A program made the translations under genes and the position numbers. A stretch of 64,000 nucleotides of DNA, from assembly GCF_011745625.1 (NCBI RefSeq), contig NW_027191459.1, forward strand, positions 496,001-560,000, given 5' to 3'. Source of the DNA: Cladosporium halotolerans. Lineage: Eukaryota. Positions 59,288 to 64,000 of the stretch are shown piece after piece (position 1 is the stretch's first letter; each line of letters begins with the position of its first letter). A model generated the notes under the pieces. That model had not been told where the DNA came from and made no database searches. It saw only the letters and a program-made list of their open reading frames with translations.

Positions 59288-61134
59288 GGAGGGAGGTGCT
59301 GGCGGGCGGTGAGAAAGCTAGCTGAGGTTTGGAGTGCTGACAGCTCGCAAAGTCCGAATGTGGCAGAGATGCGGCGCGGGAAAGCAGCGATGTTGGCCGG
59401 CTTTTCGCGGTGCTCCCGCGAATCGTACTATTTTGCCCTGCGCCGGTGGCTCGTCTGTCGCGGGAGCATGGACCACGGAAATTGAACGCGTGGGTCGATA
59501 TTCTCGACTTCTCGAAGGCTCCAAGTCCGAGGCCGGCAGAGCGTTGGCGGGCACTTTTTTGCGGCGGGCAGAAATAGGACGGGGCAGGGTGCGGCTCTGG
59601 CTGGCTGGCTGGCGGGCGGCGGTGCGGCGAGTGAGACGGGAGGAAGCTGATGCGATGCACGACTTACCGACGGGGAGGTGTGTGTGTTGCAATCAATGAG
59701 TTGGTGCAACAGGCAGAGGAGGCGACGGAGAGGCGGGCAGTGTGTGTTGTGTGTGTCGGAGGGAGGTCGAGCAGCAGCAATGGGCGTTGGCGACAGTGCG
59801 GTAGTTGGGGCGGTGGCCCTCAGCAGGTCGCAGAGCTGTGTGTTTGAGCTCGTTTCCCCAGCGCATTCTGGCAGGGCGTCTCCCCTGCATCTAGCGGCCT
59901 GCGCCCGGCCCGTTGAGAGTCGCGGCTTGTGCGGGTGGAGAGGCTGATCAGCTGCGGCGCGCCGAAACGACGACTCGCGCGCCGCAGGCCAGGAGTGGAG
60001 TGGGCGTGCAATGGACGTGTCTCTGCCGCCGTCAGACACACGCCAGCCGCACGCCTGGAGATGATGGAGATCCGAAGCAGCCATCATCGCCGTCGTCGTC
60101 GCAGCCGCACACACTCGCGCACAGTCTCAGATACGAGCGCTGCTGGCGCCGGCGCCCTCTTCCGAGCCGACGATCGGCGCCGCGCTCGCTCGTTCCTGAG
60201 CGTGAGGCACACCAAGCGCCGCCGCCTCGCTACCCTATTTCGCGGCGAGTGTGGGGAGAGCTGTGCTCAGCGTGCTGGCTGTCTGAGTGTCGGAGAATTT
60301 CCCACCACTTTTGCGCGCCACGCTGCGGGCCACCCAGCTGGCCGAGGGGTGGACACGCGAGCAGGCTGCGCGCCGCAGATATCACCGCCGCGGCTGGGGC
60401 GGGCGTTGCATGGGTGTGCAGCGTGTAGCGATGTATCGCCCGTCCAACGCGGCGGATGCAGGTCGTTGGACCCGCGGGTGCATCGTGTGCCGGGTCTCAT
60501 CGCGGCTCTCCTCACCTCGTCGGGGCAGACGAGGCAGATCAAGGTGTCAGGCCCAGCTGCGCCCGCCCGCCGCTAGCGCCGGGAGTGCATGATTGGGGTG
60601 CGCGCCCGCAGGTCAACCGGCCCAGGATTGTCGTTCGATGCGCGTTGATGCGCCTGCGCCCTGGCCCTGTCGGCCGCCGGCAGCTGCCCGCTGAGCCTGC
60701 GCCGCCGAACATTGCAATTGTTGTCCTCCGCCGCTCGCACCGCCATCCCACCTCTTGCTGCTCTTCGCACACACACACACCCTCTCTCCACCTCCTCCAT
60801 CCCATCCACAGTCGCCCAACACCCTCCTCCTCCCTATATCGTAAGTCAGCGCAAACACCCTCTGCACACGAATCCCCAATCGAGCTCCTGCCTGCCCCTC
60901 GCCGAATCCTCGCCCAGCGAAATTCTGGCGGGCAAGCTTCTCAGGAGCTCTAAACTTAGCCTTCTCACTCTCACCACCTGCATTCCGCCAACGCGAACCC
61001 GCGATTCCTGTTGAAGGCGTCGCGATCTCCTCTCCACGCTTCACAGCGACTGACTGCGAGCTTCTCTTCCAGAAACACCACCTACCGGCTGTAGGACTCC
61101 TCACCTTCCACCGCCAAAAACACACACAACCACA

Positions 61135-63328
61135 ATGGCTCCGGCTGCTGTGCCCAACGGCGAGGCCCTCGCGGCCAACGACAACATCACACGCTTCGCT
61201 CCTCCCAGCCGAGCATACACTCCCCAGCCCGACCACAAGCTCTTCCACCCGAAGACGAGATGTTTCGTCTAGTACGTTTCCCGAGGGCGACCCTGCGATG
61301 CTCCATAGCTCCAGCGTCACCGCAAGCAAGAAAACACACCGGGCAGCAGCTGACATCCCACCAGCGGCATGCAGACCAAGGCCGTCCAGGGCATGCTTGA
61401 CTTCGACTTCATCTGCAAGCGCAAGCAGCCCTCCGTCGCCGGTATCATCTACACTTTCGGCGGTCAGTTCGTCAGCAAGATGTAAGCAATCACCTACCAG
61501 TGGCAACGCCAGTCTCAGAAGACTGACAATCCTCCAGGTACTGGGGCACCACCGAGACCCTCCTCCCGGTCTACCAGTCCACTGCCAACGCCATGGCCAA
61601 GCACCCCGACGTCGACACCGTCGTCAACTTCGCCTCTTCCCGTTCCGTCTACCAGTCCACCATGGAGCTCATGGAGTTTCCTCAGATCAAGTCCATTGCC
61701 ATCATCGCTGAGGGTGTCCCTGAGAGGCGCGCTCGTGAGATCCTCCACGTTGCCCAGAAGAAGGGCGTCACCATCATTGGCCCGGCCACCGTCGGTGGTA
61801 TCAAGCCTGGTGCGTACAAGATCGGTAACACTGGTGGCATGATGGACAACATCGTCGCCTCCAAGCTTTACCGCAAGGGTTCCATCGGTTACGTCTCCAA
61901 GTCCGGTGGTATGTCCAACGAGCTCAACAACATCATTGCCCAGACCACCGACGGTGTATACGAGGGTGTCGCCATTGGTGGTGACAGGTACCCCGGTACC
62001 ACTTTTATCGACCACATGCTCCGCTACCAGGCCGACCCCGAGTGCAAGATCCTTGTGCTTCTCGGTGAGGTTGGTGGTGTCGAGGAGTACCGTGTCATCG
62101 AGGCCGTGAAGAGCGGCGTCATCACCAAGCCGATTGTCGCCTGGGCCATCGGTACCGTTGCTGGTATGCTCACCACTGAGGTCCAGTTCGGTCATGCCGG
62201 TTCTTTCGCCAACTCTCAGCTCGAGACCGCCGCGGTCAAGAACCAGTCTATGCGTGACGCCGGTTTCCACGTCCCCGAGACCTTCGAGGACCTCCCCGCA
62301 GTCCTCTCCAAGGTCTACAAGGAGGCCGTCTCTGCCGGCACCATCAAGCCTCAGCACGAGCCTGCCGTCCCCAAGATCCCCATTGACTACTCCTGGGCCC
62401 AGGAGCTGGGTCTCATCCGTAAGCCCGCTGCCTTCATCTCCACCATTTCCGACGACCGTGGCCAGGAGCTCCTCTACGCCGGCATGCCCATTTCCGACGT
62501 CTTCAAGGACAACATCGGTATCGGTGGTGTCATGTCTCTCCTGTGGTTCCGCCGCCGTCTGCCCGACTACGCCGCCAAGTTCCTCGAGATGGTCCTCATG
62601 CTCACTGCCGACCACGGTCCCGCCGTGTCCGGTGCCATGAACACCATCATCACCACCCGTGCCGGCAAGGACCTGATCTCCGCTCTCGTCTCCGGTCTCC
62701 TGACCATCGGTTCCCGTTTCGGTGGTGCCCTCGACGGCGCCGCTGACGAGTTCACCCGCGCCTACGACAAGGGTCTCTCTCCCCGTGACTTCGTCGACAC
62801 CATGAGGAAGGAGAACAAGCTCAGTAAGTCGCATCATCACTCCCACTTCCCAAAACCCTTTCGCTGACCTTTTTCGCAGTCCCCGGTATCGGCCACCGCG
62901 TCAAGTCCCGCAACAACCCCGACCTGCGCGTCTCCCTCGTCAAGGAGTTCTGCCAGGCCAACTTCCCCTCCACCAAGCTCCTCGACTACGCCATCGCCGT
63001 CGAGACCGTCACCACCTCCAAGAAGGACAACCTCATCCTCAACGTCGACGGCGCCGTCGCCGTCTGCTTCGTCGACCTGCTCCGCAACTGCGGCGCCTTC
63101 TCCGCCGAGGAGGCCGAGGACTACCTCAAGATGGGCGTCCTCAACGGCCTCTTCGTCCTCGGCCGCTCCATCGGCCTCATCGCCCACTTCCTCGACCAGA
63201 AGAGGCTGCGCACCGGCTTGTACCGCCACCCCTGGGACGACATCACCTACCTGCTCCCCGAGATGGCGCAGGGCTCCGCCCCGGGCCAGGCGCAGAGGGT
63301 CGAGGTCGCGGCGGGCGATGTCAAATAG
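61135..63328 (+). CDS. ACL1: ATP-citrate lyase subunit homologous to the C-terminal half of animal ACLY
   Basis: [41 protein letters not shown] (phospho-His), [18 protein letters not shown] and LNVDG. Introns at about 61273-61364, 61482-61538 and 62825-62879. Confidence 0.96.
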
Positions 63329-64000
63329 ATGTCCGAGATGTCCTGAGTGACTTTCGCATGGGGCGTTTTTTTTTAATCCGGAGGTGTTGAGAATTATTTT
63401 TTTTAGCTGATAGATGATTTTGTAAGAAGACGATGGACGTCGGTGACGAAATCGCAAGAAACGTTGTAATTCAAAAATTCCCGTCCCAGAACCGTTTGTC
63501 CTGTGAGTTTATTCGCTGTTTCCGTGTAATGGACTCCTTCGATCGCGCGAGTGGGAGGTGGAATGTGAAGACTGCGTTGCAAATGGAATCGTGAGATTCT
63601 CAGACCTCGCCCGTGCGATGGGGGTAAAATGCTCCAGAGTGTCCGGGAAGTCAGGTTTGGTTGGCCATAATCGGTCGCGGAATATCGATATAAGCGGGAG
63701 TTTTCCATGGAGAGGCCAGTTGAGTCCAGTGTCCAGGGCGAGATGAGGACTGTCAGAACGCGCTCGACGCGGCTTCGCTGGGTGAAGAGTTCGGGGTGTC
63801 TCGAGGTCTAGTTTGCGGTTTGTTCACGGGTCTTGAGATACTGGTGAATCGAGGCTTCGGAGCGGGAGATCAAAGGCAAGGCGAGGCGAGGCAAGGCGCT
63901 CACACGGTGATTTAGAGAATGCTTCCAGATCGTCGGCGTACGTCGAGTTCGAGGGATTCGTTATCGTTCAAGTCGTGTTATTAGTCGTTTCGTAAGTTTC

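Noticed and set aside
1..64000. Transposons, RIP-mutated repeats, tRNA/rRNA genes or CRISPR arrays
   Set aside because: I saw no transposase or RT motifs, terminal repeats, AT-rich RIP blocks or repeat-spacer arrays. Small ncRNAs cannot be excluded without a covariance-model scan.

Overview
Gene-dense eukaryotic DNA from a filamentous ascomycete (Pezizomycotina; Dothideomycete-like by inference). Short GT..AG introns with CTRAC branch points occur throughout. I can support about 27 protein-coding loci, mostly housekeeping: PRI2, DBR1, PRP22, ZPR1, ADH1, DDHD phospholipase, VPS11, SmF and the divergent ACL2/ACL1 pair. I saw no RNA genes, transposons or CRISPR arrays. The main finding is a three-gene cluster at 2619-7225: a GIT1-like MFS permease, divergently transcribed from a PhnY-like Fe(II)/2-oxoglutarate dioxygenase, which is followed by a PhnZ-like HD-domain diiron oxygenase. 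Both promoters carry Pho4/NUC-1-type CACGTG boxes, which suggests a phosphate-starvation-induced module for phosphonate uptake and oxidative C-P cleavage. Other notable items are a cellulose-synthase-like GT2 gene head-to-head with a DUF3431 gene, three clustered paralogous small proteins (one with a duplicated domain), a probable SHOC1/Zip2 meiotic gene, a histidine phosphatase homolog lacking its catalytic His, and a decayed HET-domain gene. All family calls come from recognising motifs by eye, not from database searches. Exon boundaries were read manually.
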